Source: an uncultured Verrucomicrobiae bacterium (GTDB lineage Bacteria > Verrucomicrobiota > Verrucomicrobiia > Limisphaerales > Palsa-1400). Taken from it: a DNA stretch of 64,000 bases. Location: assembly GCA_963764165.1 (NCBI GenBank), contig CAVXRD010000003.1, forward strand, positions 384,001 to 448,000. The letters run 5' to 3'. The notes under the pieces are model-generated. The model did not search any database. It was not told the origin of the DNA and was given only the letters and a program-made list of their open reading frames with translations. Both the position numbers and the translations under genes were made by a program. The first letter of the stretch is position 1. Each line of letters starts with the position of its first letter. Shown in pieces: positions 29,984 through 39,527 of the stretch.

Positions 29984-30283
29984 TTTTGAACAGGAGGCGG
30001 ACCGAGGGCGCAGAGATAAAACATTATCCGATCAGCGATGGGGAATTGAAAAAGGGTCAAAGGTAGGGACGCCTCGCCGAGGCGTCCGAGGGCGTGGCAG
30101 CTTTCAAGCGCGATCTTCCTCTCAAAAGATTCGCGCCAAAAAAGCTTATTGGCTGAGTCTCAGTCCGAAATTAAACGCTGGCAAACCTTCACGCCCCCGG
30201 ACGCCTCGGCGAGGCGTCCCTACCTTGAACTTCAGTCGCACCGGCGTTTTTCTCTGCGCTCTCGGTTTTTCTCCTGTTCAAAA
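29984..30283. repeat. Nested inverted repeats: outer family C enclosing a family A doublet
   Basis: Outer arms 29984-30020 and 30247-30283; inner arms 30060-30097 and 30190-30226. Confidence 0.85.
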
Positions 30284-30290
30284 TTTCCGA

Positions 30291-32036
30291 TCAGTCGTGA
30301 TCCATTTTCGCCGGAACAATTTGACGATTGGGCGGAAGTTTTTCGGGAGGAACGACGCCGCAACGGCTTGCCCATGCTTCGTACATAGCGGACAATTTTT
30401 CGACATCCGCAGGGCGGGCACCAGCGAGATTGGTCAACTCCGTGCGATCCACCGCAGTGTCGTAAAGTTCCCATGGACCCGGGTGGCGGGAGACAAGCTT
30501 GAGCGAGCCAAATCGAACGGCGCGATTGCCTTCGTGTTCCCAAAAGAGCGGGCGCAATTCACGGGTCTTCCCTTCGAGAATTGGAAGGAGACTGCGGCCT
30601 TCCAGCGGGGTGAGATCGTTTCCATTGTACGATTTCGGATACGCCACTCCAGCGACATCGAGGCACGTCGCCATGATATCGGTGATGTGTCCGGTTTGCC
30701 GCGTGATAGTCCCCTGCCCTTGCACGTTCGCAGGCCACGACACAATGAACGCCGTCGAAATTCCGCCCTCGTGCGTGAAATGTTTATAGAGGCGGAAAGG
30801 CGTATCGCTGACATTGGCCCATGGCACGCCGTAGCTCTGCCAGACGTCTTCGGGGCCGGCCCAAATGTTTGGAGTGTTGCCGACGCGCACCGTCGCGCCG
30901 CTTCGCGTTTTGCTCGGCACATCATACCAATCGGGCTGGATGACTTCCGCGCACGCGCCGTTGTCGGAAAGGAAAAGCACCAGTGTGTTCTGCTCAACGT
31001 TTTTGTCTTTGAGCGCCTTCATCACACGGCCAATGCCCGCATCCATCTTCTCGATCATCGCCGCGTAAGTTGCCATGCGATTGGCCTGCCAATCTTTGTT
31101 CGCGACGTTTTCCCAATCCCGAACGTCGCTGTCGCGCGGCGAAAGCCGCCAATCTGGCTCGATGATTCCCGTTTCGAGCTGCCGTTTGTAGCGGTTCGTG
31201 CGAATGACGTCCCAGCCGACCGCGTAAGTCGTGCGATTCCGGGTGATGTCCGCCTCGGGCGCTTGCAGCGGCCAATGCGGCGCGGTGTAAGCGAGGTAGA
31301 GAAAGAACGGCTTCTGCTTTCCGCCATAACGCTCCACGTCCGCCACCGCGTGATCGGTCAATGCGTCTGTATAATAGAAATTTGTTCCTTCCGCGCGAAT
31401 GGGCGTGTTGTTGCTGACGAGCGAGAACGGCGCCCAATAACTGTTCACGCCGTGGATGGTTCCATAATATTCCTCGAACCCGCGCTGCAGCGGCCAGCCA
31501 TCCTTGCTTTCCCAAAACGGTTCGTTCGATTCAAAATTCAACTGCTTTTTGCCGTCGAAATAAATGTGGTTGAGATGCCATTTCCCGACCATCAGCGTCT
31601 GGTATCCCGCGCCGCGCAGCAATTCGGCTATGGTTGCGCAATGGTGATTCAGTTCGCCGCGATAACCGGGAATCCCCTTGTCCTCCATCATCGCCCCGAC
31701 ACCGGTTTGCTGCGGATAAAGTCCTGTCAACAACGCGGCGCGAGACGGACAGCAGCGGGGCGTGTTGTAAAATTGCGTGAATCGCATCCCGCGGCTCGCA
31801 AGTTTGTCGAGATTCGGCGTCGGAATTTCTGACCCGTAGCAGCCGAGGTCGGAAAATCCCATGTCATCGGCGAGGATGACGATGATGTTGGGGCGCGGAG
31901 CGGCGCTGAGATTGGTGGCAAAAAGTCCCGCAAGAATCATCAAAAAGCACGGTAGGGCGAGGCTCCTGCCGAGCCATCTTCGTAGCGCAGATTTCAAAAT
32001 CTGCTTGGCATTTCGAACAACGCGAACAACGCTCAC
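30291..32036 (-). CDS. Arylsulfatase (formylglycine-dependent)
   Basis: PNIIVILADDMG, CCPSRAALLTG (CxPxR), GKWH, YTAPHWP and SDNG; start is either GTG 32036 or ATG 31940. Confidence 0.93.
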   Translation of the reverse strand: MSVVRVVRNAKQILKSALRRWLGRSLALPCFLMILAGLFATNLSAAPRPNIIVILADDMGFSDLGCYGSEIPTPNLDKLASRGMRFTQFYNTPRCCPSRAALLTGLYPQQTGVGAMMEDKGIPGYRGELNHHCATIAELLRGAGYQTLMVGKWHLNHIYFDGKKQLNFESNEPFWESKDGWPLQRGFEEYYGTIHGVNSYWAPFSLVSNNTPIRAEGTNFYYTDALTDHAVADVERYGGKQKPFFLYLAYTAPHWPLQAPEADITRNRTTYAVGWDVIRTNRYKRQLETGIIEPDWRLSPRDSDVRDWENVANKDWQANRMATYAAMIEKMDAGIGRVMKALKDKNVEQNTLVLFLSDNGACAEVIQPDWYDVPSKTRSGATVRVGNTPNIWAGPEDVWQSYGVPWANVSDTPFRLYKHFTHEGGISTAFIVSWPANVQGQGTITRQTGHITDIMATCLDVAGVAYPKSYNGNDLTPLEGRSLLPILEGKTRELRPLFWEHEGNRAVRFGSLKLVSRHPGPWELYDTAVDRTELTNLAGARPADVEKLSAMYEAWASRCGVVPPEKLPPNRQIVPAKMDHD

Positions 32037-32048
32037 AAAATTCCTATA

Positions 32049-33869
32049 CTACTGATCGCCTAGGGCAGCCAGTGGCTGCTTTTTCAACTGCCTCAAACGC
32101 GCCGATTCCAGGAGCAGCCGGTTCTGGTCCTCCTCCGAAACCTGCTCTGCGGCCAATTGGCGATTCACCTCGGCCATCCGGCGGTCAATATCCAAGTCAC
32201 GAAGATGCTTGACCGCTCCGTCATGACGCGGAGTGCCTTGCACCATCGCGACAGGGTCAGGGATGGGGCGCGTGTCCGTCAAGATTTCGGAAACGAGACT
32301 CTGCCAGCGCGCATTTTCCGGATGGGAAACCCATGCGGCGGCGCCCGGCCAATCGTGGCCTGCTTGAAGCCGCCGCGAAATAATTTCACGCGCATCCGGC
32401 GTCGGCAGCCACGCGAGATCCAAATGCCTTGCCACCCACTCCACCTGGTCGTCGCTTTCCATCAACGCCCGCAGCAGCCAAAGCTCGTGCTGGGTTGGCC
32501 GCGCCGCGGGTTCGGATTCGACAGCGGGCTCGGCCGAGTCCCGTTCCACAACGGGAGCAGCCGTGGGACGGGCTTTCTTGAATTCGCGCCGCGCGGCTTC
32601 GGCAGCCACGCCGAGGCGAAGCGCTGTTTTCTGGGCGTGCGTGTCGATGAGCACATCGTTGCCTGTTTTTTGCAGCGCCTCGGACATGGCCTGCACCACG
32701 GCGCGTTTCCCGCGGTCGGTGGCGGGGTCGTTGAGGGAGCAAAGGTGGTCGAGGTAATAGTCAAAAAATCCTCGCGCATTTTTTATGAGGTCGGCAAAAG
32801 CCGGCCCGCCAAATTGCTTGATGAAACTATCGGGGTCATTCGGCGCGGGAACTTGCGCCACGCGAATCGCCAAGCCCGACGCCAGCAAGCTGTCAAGCGA
32901 ACGCACTGCCGCCTTCTGCCCCGCGTTGTCCGAGTCGAAGCACAGAACGACTTCCTCGACGTAGCGCTTTAAGATGCGCGTGTGATCAGCGGTGAGCGCG
33001 GTTCCTTGCGGCGCGACGATGTTCTGCACGCCCGCCATGAAGCAAGCGATCAAATCGAGCTGGCCTTCGCAAATCACGGCGCAATGAGTGTCAAGCAAAG
33101 CGCGTTTGGACTTGTCGAGGCCGAACATCAATTTGCCCTTGGTGAAGATGGGCGTCTCCGGAGAATTGACGTATTTGGCAGGCCCCGCGTCGGCGGCGAG
33201 GATTCGCCCGCTGAAGCCAACCACCCGCCCCTGCTCGTCGCAAATGGGAAATATGAGGCGGCCGCGAAAACGGTCGTAATAGTGCTCCGCGCCCTCCTTG
33301 TGGACGATTAAGCCGGCCTGCTCGATCAACGGCAGATCGTAATGTTTGCTCTTGGCCCAATTGACGGTGTCGTCCCAAAGGTCGGGCGCGCAGCCAATGC
33401 GAAAAAGCTGCACCGCCTCCTGCGAAACACCGCGCTTGGCAAGGTAATCGCGCGCCACCTTCCCGTGGTCGCCCGACGCCAGGGCGGCCTGCCAGCGCTG
33501 GGTGATTTGCTCGTGAACCTGGAAAAGCTGGTCCTTGATGTGCCGCCGCTCGGCGCCGCCCGGGACGTTCTCGCTCTCCAGCGCAATGTGGGCGCGATCC
33601 GCCAGGCGCCGCACCGCGTCCGGGAAATCGATATTCTCGTATTCTTTGACAAAGGTGAACACATTGCCGCCCTTATGGCAGCCGAAGCAGTAAAACATCT
33701 GCTTGCTGGGAGTGACGTGGAAGCTGGGCGTTTTCTCGCGGTGAAACGGGCACAGCGCAACGAAACTGGCGCCGTTTCTCTTCAACGGAATATAGCTTCC
33801 GATGACATCAACGATGTCACTGGCCGCCAGAACCTGCTCAAGTGATGCGGGAGAAATGAAGCCGCCCAT
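32049..33869 (-). CDS. dnaG: DNA primase
   Basis: CPFHREKTPSF...CFGC zinc finger; KYVNSPET, EGQLD and FDSDNAG TOPRIM motifs. Confidence 0.97.
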   Translation of the reverse strand: MGGFISPASLEQVLAASDIVDVIGSYIPLKRNGASFVALCPFHREKTPSFHVTPSKQMFYCFGCHKGGNVFTFVKEYENIDFPDAVRRLADRAHIALESENVPGGAERRHIKDQLFQVHEQITQRWQAALASGDHGKVARDYLAKRGVSQEAVQLFRIGCAPDLWDDTVNWAKSKHYDLPLIEQAGLIVHKEGAEHYYDRFRGRLIFPICDEQGRVVGFSGRILAADAGPAKYVNSPETPIFTKGKLMFGLDKSKRALLDTHCAVICEGQLDLIACFMAGVQNIVAPQGTALTADHTRILKRYVEEVVLCFDSDNAGQKAAVRSLDSLLASGLAIRVAQVPAPNDPDSFIKQFGGPAFADLIKNARGFFDYYLDHLCSLNDPATDRGKRAVVQAMSEALQKTGNDVLIDTHAQKTALRLGVAAEAARREFKKARPTAAPVVERDSAEPAVESEPAARPTQHELWLLRALMESDDQVEWVARHLDLAWLPTPDAREIISRRLQAGHDWPGAAAWVSHPENARWQSLVSEILTDTRPIPDPVAMVQGTPRHDGAVKHLRDLDIDRRMAEVNRQLAAEQVSEEDQNRLLLESARLRQLKKQPLAALGDQ

Positions 33870-33881
33870 ACGGCAGCGAGA

Positions 33882-34562
33882 TTACTTCTTTTTTGGCTTC
33901 GTGAGAAGATAATCAATCGCTTTATTGCTTTTCTGGGCAAGCGATTCGTGGGGCGGCGTGTCTGAAGGAGAGTCCGTGGTCGCGATCAGCATCGGACGCA
34001 TGCTTTTTTGCACCAATTTGCCGGTGAACGACTGGAACAAGACGTCCTGCTGAAATTCACCCCAGGTCGGAAAACGAATATCCGAGAAATTGGCAGCCTG
34101 GAATTTCTCAGTTTGGGCCCGCTCGGCGGCGGAGACGATTCTCGCGTTTATCAAGGCCAGGAAAACAATTACCATGCAGCCGAAGCGCACCACCCCCGCC
34201 GCCATTCCAAGGTAAAATTCCCAGCTCCCAAACGGATCGCGCGCCACCAGCTTTTCGGCGAAATTCTGCTTGAGCACCATGTAAATAATATAAATGCCCA
34301 TCGCGACCATGCCGTAGGCAAGCAGGCATGACCAAAGAGTGCTGAGGAGCGTAACCTCTTTGACGTAGGGATAAAGGGGCCAGTAAAGCAAACCGCAGGC
34401 GACGACGATGCCGATCCATTCCAGGGTGGGAAGCAATTCCTGGGACATGCCGCGCTTGCGGCCTCGGAACAGTCCAATTATGAGCCACACGACCACGACA
34501 ACGTCAAAATAATTGAATTGCGACCTGTTGAGATAAGGCGGCAGCGTAGCCAAAATCATCAT
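33882..34562 (-). CDS. CvpA family membrane protein
   Basis: N-terminal NYFD....WLIIGLFRGRKRG motif and four TM helices. Confidence 0.75.
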   Translation of the reverse strand: MMILATLPPYLNRSQFNYFDVVVVVWLIIGLFRGRKRGMSQELLPTLEWIGIVVACGLLYWPLYPYVKEVTLLSTLWSCLLAYGMVAMGIYIIYMVLKQNFAEKLVARDPFGSWEFYLGMAAGVVRFGCMVIVFLALINARIVSAAERAQTEKFQAANFSDIRFPTWGEFQQDVLFQSFTGKLVQKSMRPMLIATTDSPSDTPPHESLAQKSNKAIDYLLTKPKKK

Positions 34563-34611
34563 GCGGTTGAGCTTAGCAGGTTTCGCGCCGTTGACGAGGG
34601 GTTTTCAATCT

Positions 34612-35112
34612 CTACAAAATCTTCACCACAAAATTCGTCTCCAATTTCCCGTAGGACGAGCCGCTGAAGCCTATTGTCGCCGTCCATTCCCCCGCCACCC
34701 CCGGCTGGATGGCGGAGCGGTATTGCCCGGGCGTGGCTGTCCGATTAACGGTGGGAATACTGTGCAAAACCGAGTTCTGCATCTTCAAGGCGAATAGGAG
34801 GGTGACGGCTCCGACATCGGCAAGGCTTCCTTTGGCGTCGCGAAATTCAATGAACAAATCATCGCCCGCCGCCCGCAGCACATCGCCTTGCGCAAAAAAA
34901 TTCGCCTTCAATCCATCGATGCCGATTGTCTTGAACGGCACGCCGGAAATCTTCCGCACCGGCGGCGGTTGATGGGTCACGCGGTTGTAAACAAGAATTC
35001 CAACGATCGCCAGCACCATGATCACAGGCAGCGCGTACAGGGCCCACAAACCGCGGCGGACACTTCGTCCCATGGCGGGTTTTCCTCCCGGCGTTTTCTT
35101 ATTTGGCGGCAT
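34612..35112 (-). CDS. Membrane-anchored FixH/YtkA-like protein, last gene of the metal-efflux operon
   Basis: One TM helix then a beta-rich domain (TPGQYRS...GEWTATI); overlaps the end of cusA. Alternative start ATG 35073 has GGAGG upstream. Confidence 0.65.
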   Translation of the reverse strand: MPPNKKTPGGKPAMGRSVRRGLWALYALPVIMVLAIVGILVYNRVTHQPPPVRKISGVPFKTIGIDGLKANFFAQGDVLRAAGDDLFIEFRDAKGSLADVGAVTLLFALKMQNSVLHSIPTVNRTATPGQYRSAIQPGVAGEWTATIGFSGSSYGKLETNFVVKIL

Positions 35113-38100
35113 CTGGCAAATGACGTTGGCGCCACAACATGTAAATGACCGGGTAAATGAGCAATTCCAAAATCGCCGAAGTCACCACCCCGCCGATCAT
35201 CGGCGCGGCAATGCGTTTCATCACGTCCGCCCCGGCTTGCGTCGCGGGCGACCAGAGAATCGGGAGCAGCCCGAACAAAATGGCGCAGACCGTCATGACT
35301 TTGGGCCGGATGCGCTGCACCGCGCCTTCCATGATGGCGTCGTGAAGATCGCGCTGGCTGCGCATCCGCCCGGCGGCATTAAGCTTGTCAAACGCATGGT
35401 CAAGGTAAAGCAGCATGACCACACCCGTTTCGGCGTCCAACCCGGCCAAAGCGATCAGCCCAACATAGGCCGCCACGCTCAAGTTGTAACCGAGCAGGTA
35501 AATCAGCCAAAACGCCCCAACGAGCGAAAATGGCACCGCCAGCAGCACGAGCAGCGTGCGGGGCAGCGATTGCGTATTGAGGTAAATCAGCGCGAAAATA
35601 ATCAGCAGCGTCATCGGAATGACAAATTGCAGCCGCTGCTGCGTGTCCTTCATGTATTCAAATTGGCCGGCCCATTGGAAATAATACCTCGGCTGCAATT
35701 TCACCCGGTCCTGCAAGATCGCCGTCGCCCGCTTCACGTAACCGGCCACATCGTCACTCGTCACATCCACAAAAACAAAACCGACGAGCTGGCCATTTTC
35801 GCTGCGGATGGATGGTGGCCCGGTTTTGAATTGAAGCTCCGCCACGGAAGAAATGGGAATCTGCCCGCCGCCCGGCAGCGGCACCAGCACGCGCTTGAGC
35901 GCGCCGACGTCCTCGCGATAATCGCGGGCGTAACGCACATTGATCGGATAACGCTCGCGCCCCTCCACCGTTGTGGAAATCGTTTTCCCGCCAATGGCCG
36001 TTTCGATAATATCGTTGACGTTGCCGGTCGTCAGTCCGTAGCGCGCGGCGGCCTCGCGGTTGATGTTGAAGTCCAGAAAATAGCCGCCGGTCGTGCGTTC
36101 CGCAAAAACGGTGCGCGTGCCGGCCGAGCCGGACAAGGCGCGCTCCACTTCCACCGCGGCGGATTCTATGCCCGCCAAATCAGGCCCGAAAATCTTCAAC
36201 CCGAGCTTGGTGCGGAATCCCGTCGTCAGCATATCTGTGCGAGTTTGAATCGGCATCCAGAATTGGTTCGCCATCCCCGGAACGCGCGCCTTCGCGTTCA
36301 TCTCGTCGATGATGCGTTCCCAAGTCATTCCCGGCCGCCATTGGCCGTGGGGCTTGAGCGTGACCACTGTTTCGAACATCGACGGCGGCGCGGGATCTGT
36401 CGGTGTTTCCGCCTGCCCGGCTTTGCCGAAAACGGTCTCGACTTCTGGAATCGAGCGAATCGCTCGGTCTTGTATTTGGAGGATTCGAGCGGCTTCGCTA
36501 ATGGACATTCCCGGAACGGCTGTCGGCATGAACAGAATGGCGCCTTCGTTCAACGCGGGCATGAATTCGCCTCCAAGCCGCCGCAGTGGAATCACCGTCG
36601 CGGCCATCACCAGCAGAGCCGCCAGCAACGTCAGCCAGCGGAAGCGCAGAACGAAATTTGCGAAGGGCCGGTAAATCCAAATGAGAAAGCGGTTGATTGG
36701 ATTTTTCTCTTCAGGAGTGATGCGGCCCCGCACCAGCAAAAGCATCAGCACCGGTGTCAACGTCACAGCAAGGAGCGCCGCGAAAAACATGGCGAAGGTT
36801 TTGGTGAAAGCCAAAGGCTTGAAAAGCCGCCCCGCCTGCGCCTGCAAGCAAAACACCGGCATGAAGCTGACGGTGATGACGAGCAGCGAGAAGAACAGAG
36901 GCCGCCCCACGCTTTTCGCCGCCTCGATAATGATGACAACGCGCTCGGCGGAATTGGGTGCGCGCAGGTTCTCGCGCTGAAAATGGCCGAGATGCTTATG
37001 CGCGTTCTCCAGCATGATGATCGCGGCATCCACCATCGCGCCGACGGCAATCGCAATTCCCCCGAGCGACATTATGTTTGACGTGAGTCCCATCCAATAC
37101 ATCGGGAGAAACGCCAGCAGGATGGCCACCGGCAGGGTAATGATGGCCACCAACGCCGAACGGACATGCCACAGAAAAGCGAGGCAGACCAGCGCCACCA
37201 CGATGCTTTCTTCAATCAGCTTTTGGCGCAGCGTTTTAATCGAGTCAGTAATCAATCCGCTGCGGTCATAGGTCGGAACGATTTTCACGCCCTCGGGCAG
37301 AGACGCCTGCAATTCACGCAATTTCTTTTTGACGCCGTCGATCACGCTCAAGGCGTTTTGCCCGTAGCGCATCACCACGATTCCGCCCACGGTCTCGCCT
37401 TTGCCGTCCAATTCCGCCACGCCGCGCCGCAAGTCCGGGCCGAGATGCACTGTTCCCAATTGCGCCACCTTCACCGGAGTTCCGCCCACGGATTTGATTG
37501 GAACATTTTCAATATCCGCCGCCGATTTGATGTAGCCGCGTCCGCGAATAAAATATTCCGTGCCGGCCGTCTCATAAATTTTTCCACCGCTGTCGCCATT
37601 GGATTCGCGAATTTTGGAAATAATATCTTCAATCGTAACGCCGTAGGCGGCCAGCTTGTTGGGATCGACTTCGACCTGGTATTCCTTGACGAATCCGCCG
37701 ACAGACGCAACTTCCGCCACGCCGGGCACGGACTCCAGCGCATAGCGCAGATGCCAATCCTGCAGCGAGCGAAGTTCCGCCAGATTGTGGTGGCCGATTT
37801 CGTCGGTCAGCGCATACTCGTAAACCCAGCCCACGCCCGTTGCATCCGGGCCGATGACGGGATTCACGCCATCCGGCAAATTGCCGCGAACGGAATTCAA
37901 ATACTCGATGACACGCGAGCGCGCCCAATAAATATCCGTCCCGTCTTCAAAGATGACGTAGACGAATGATCTCCCGAACATCGATTCTCCCCGGACAAAC
38001 TTCACCTTGGGAGCGGCAATGAAGCGGCTGGAAATTGGATATGTGATTTGGTCCTCCACCAAATCCGGCGACCGCCCTTCCCAATCCGTGTAAACGATGA

Positions 38101-38281
38101 CCTGCGCATCGCTTAAATCGGGAATGGCATCGAGCGGAACGCGATGGATGCACCAGACACCCGCGGCGAAGCCGAGCAGCGCCAATAATAAGACAAGAAA
38201 TTTGTTCCGCGCGCTGGCTTCGATCAAACGCTCGATCAAGGGCGGATTGGGGCTGCGAAAATCCTGGCTCGGGAGGCTCAT
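35099..38281 (-). CDS. cusA: CusA/CzcA family heavy-metal RND permease
   Basis: LDAIPDLSD.QVI, GPDATGVGWVYEY, MSLGGIAIAVGAMVDAAI and RIRPKVMT. Confidence 0.93.
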   Translation of the reverse strand: MSLPSQDFRSPNPPLIERLIEASARNKFLVLLLALLGFAAGVWCIHRVPLDAIPDLSDAQVIVYTDWEGRSPDLVEDQITYPISSRFIAAPKVKFVRGESMFGRSFVYVIFEDGTDIYWARSRVIEYLNSVRGNLPDGVNPVIGPDATGVGWVYEYALTDEIGHHNLAELRSLQDWHLRYALESVPGVAEVASVGGFVKEYQVEVDPNKLAAYGVTIEDIISKIRESNGDSGGKIYETAGTEYFIRGRGYIKSAADIENVPIKSVGGTPVKVAQLGTVHLGPDLRRGVAELDGKGETVGGIVVMRYGQNALSVIDGVKKKLRELQASLPEGVKIVPTYDRSGLITDSIKTLRQKLIEESIVVALVCLAFLWHVRSALVAIITLPVAILLAFLPMYWMGLTSNIMSLGGIAIAVGAMVDAAIIMLENAHKHLGHFQRENLRAPNSAERVVIIIEAAKSVGRPLFFSLLVITVSFMPVFCLQAQAGRLFKPLAFTKTFAMFFAALLAVTLTPVLMLLLVRGRITPEEKNPINRFLIWIYRPFANFVLRFRWLTLLAALLVMAATVIPLRRLGGEFMPALNEGAILFMPTAVPGMSISEAARILQIQDRAIRSIPEVETVFGKAGQAETPTDPAPPSMFETVVTLKPHGQWRPGMTWERIIDEMNAKARVPGMANQFWMPIQTRTDMLTTGFRTKLGLKIFGPDLAGIESAAVEVERALSGSAGTRTVFAERTTGGYFLDFNINREAAARYGLTTGNVNDIIETAIGGKTISTTVEGRERYPINVRYARDYREDVGALKRVLVPLPGGGQIPISSVAELQFKTGPPSIRSENGQLVGFVFVDVTSDDVAGYVKRATAILQDRVKLQPRYYFQWAGQFEYMKDTQQRLQFVIPMTLLIIFALIYLNTQSLPRTLLVLLAVPFSLVGAFWLIYLLGYNLSVAAYVGLIALAGLDAETGVVMLLYLDHAFDKLNAAGRMRSQRDLHDAIMEGAVQRIRPKVMTVCAILFGLLPILWSPATQAGADVMKRIAAPMIGGVVTSAILELLIYPVIYMLWRQRHLPDAAK

Positions 38282-38285
38282 AAAA

Positions 38286-39527
38286 TCACCAGGACGTCAG
38301 GACGCCTTGAACTTTTGCCTCGGCGTCGATCAGGAACAACGCGCTCGTTGCAACCCTCTCGCCGGCGTCTAATCCACTCCGCACCGCATAGTATCCGCCG
38401 CATTTCCGGCCCAATTCAACGGCGCGCGGTTCGATATTGCCTCCCCCCTTTTCAACAAAAACCAGACTGTGCGAGCCCAAGGGAAGAACAGCGGATTCCG
38501 GCACAGCCAACGCCGAGCCAAAGTCCGTCCGCAACTCCGCGTTGACATACATCTCTGGGCGCAGGCGAAGTGCGGGATTCTCCAAATCCACCCGCGCGCG
38601 GCAGACTCGCTTGGCCGGGTCGAGAAACGGATCGATGACCGCAATTTTTCCTTGGACGCTGAAGGCCGAATCGTTTGGCAGCGAGATCGAGACGGCCAGG
38701 CCGTTTGTCAGCAGAGACACGTCGTCCTGATAGAATTCCACCCACACCCAAACAGCAGACAAATCCACCACGTCCACCAGAGTCTCCCCCGCCATGACGC
38801 GCCTGCCCTGCCCGGCCTGCAGCGTCTGGATGATTCCCCCGAACGGCGAATATAGTGTCAAGTATTCACTTGGCTGACGGCTCTGCTCGAGGCGGTCGAT
38901 TTCCGCGGAGTCGATGTTCCAAAATTCCAGCCGGCGCCGCGCCGCCGCGATATTCTGTTGCGCCGTTTCGATGACCGCCGCAAGCCCGGAGTTTTTGGCC
39001 CGGTCAAGGCTCTTCCCTAAATCCACTAACTCGCGCTCGGCCACCAACAAATCCGGGCTTAGCACCGTGAGCAGAGGCTGGCCCTTTTTTACAAACTGGC
39101 CCGTGGAAGCCACCTCCAATTTCTCAACGTAACCCTCGACCCGGCTCACGTAAGTCCAGCGGCGGCGCGGATCGAAAGTGACGACTCCAGGGGCGCGAAG
39201 GGTCGTTTGCAAATCGCGCTTTTCCACCAGCCCATAGGTCACACCGATCAATTGTTGACGCTCTTGCGGAATATTGAATTGCGTCTTGCGCGCGGGCGCG
39301 CCGGAATTCGTCAAGGTCGACGAAGCATTACTTGCCTCAACCATGACCGGCACGAGCGACATCCCGCAAATCGGGCAATGGTCACCCGGAATCTCCGACC
39401 GCACCGACGGATGCATCGTGCATGTGTAATAGGCCACGCCGGCGGGTTTGACGGGATGGCTTCGCGAACAGGCCGAGAGTGCCAGCGCGAGGAAAATGAC
39501 TGCACAGAGTGAAGCGAAAGTTTTCAT
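38286..39527 (-). CDS. cusB: CusB-type periplasmic adaptor lipoprotein with heavy-metal-binding domain
   Basis: LSAC lipobox; YTCTMHP..CPICGM; membrane-fusion hairpin; FLIDAE. Confidence 0.88.
   Translation of the reverse strand: MKTFASLCAVIFLALALSACSRSHPVKPAGVAYYTCTMHPSVRSEIPGDHCPICGMSLVPVMVEASNASSTLTNSGAPARKTQFNIPQERQQLIGVTYGLVEKRDLQTTLRAPGVVTFDPRRRWTYVSRVEGYVEKLEVASTGQFVKKGQPLLTVLSPDLLVAERELVDLGKSLDRAKNSGLAAVIETAQQNIAAARRRLEFWNIDSAEIDRLEQSRQPSEYLTLYSPFGGIIQTLQAGQGRRVMAGETLVDVVDLSAVWVWVEFYQDDVSLLTNGLAVSISLPNDSAFSVQGKIAVIDPFLDPAKRVCRARVDLENPALRLRPEMYVNAELRTDFGSALAVPESAVLPLGSHSLVFVEKGGGNIEPRAVELGRKCGGYYAVRSGLDAGERVATSALFLIDAEAKVQGVLTSW

Noticed and set aside
35018..37081. 687-aa plus-strand ORF, and similar long ORFs at 30225, 39509, 45695 and 56056
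   Set aside because: Antisense shadows of well-supported genes in GC-rich DNA
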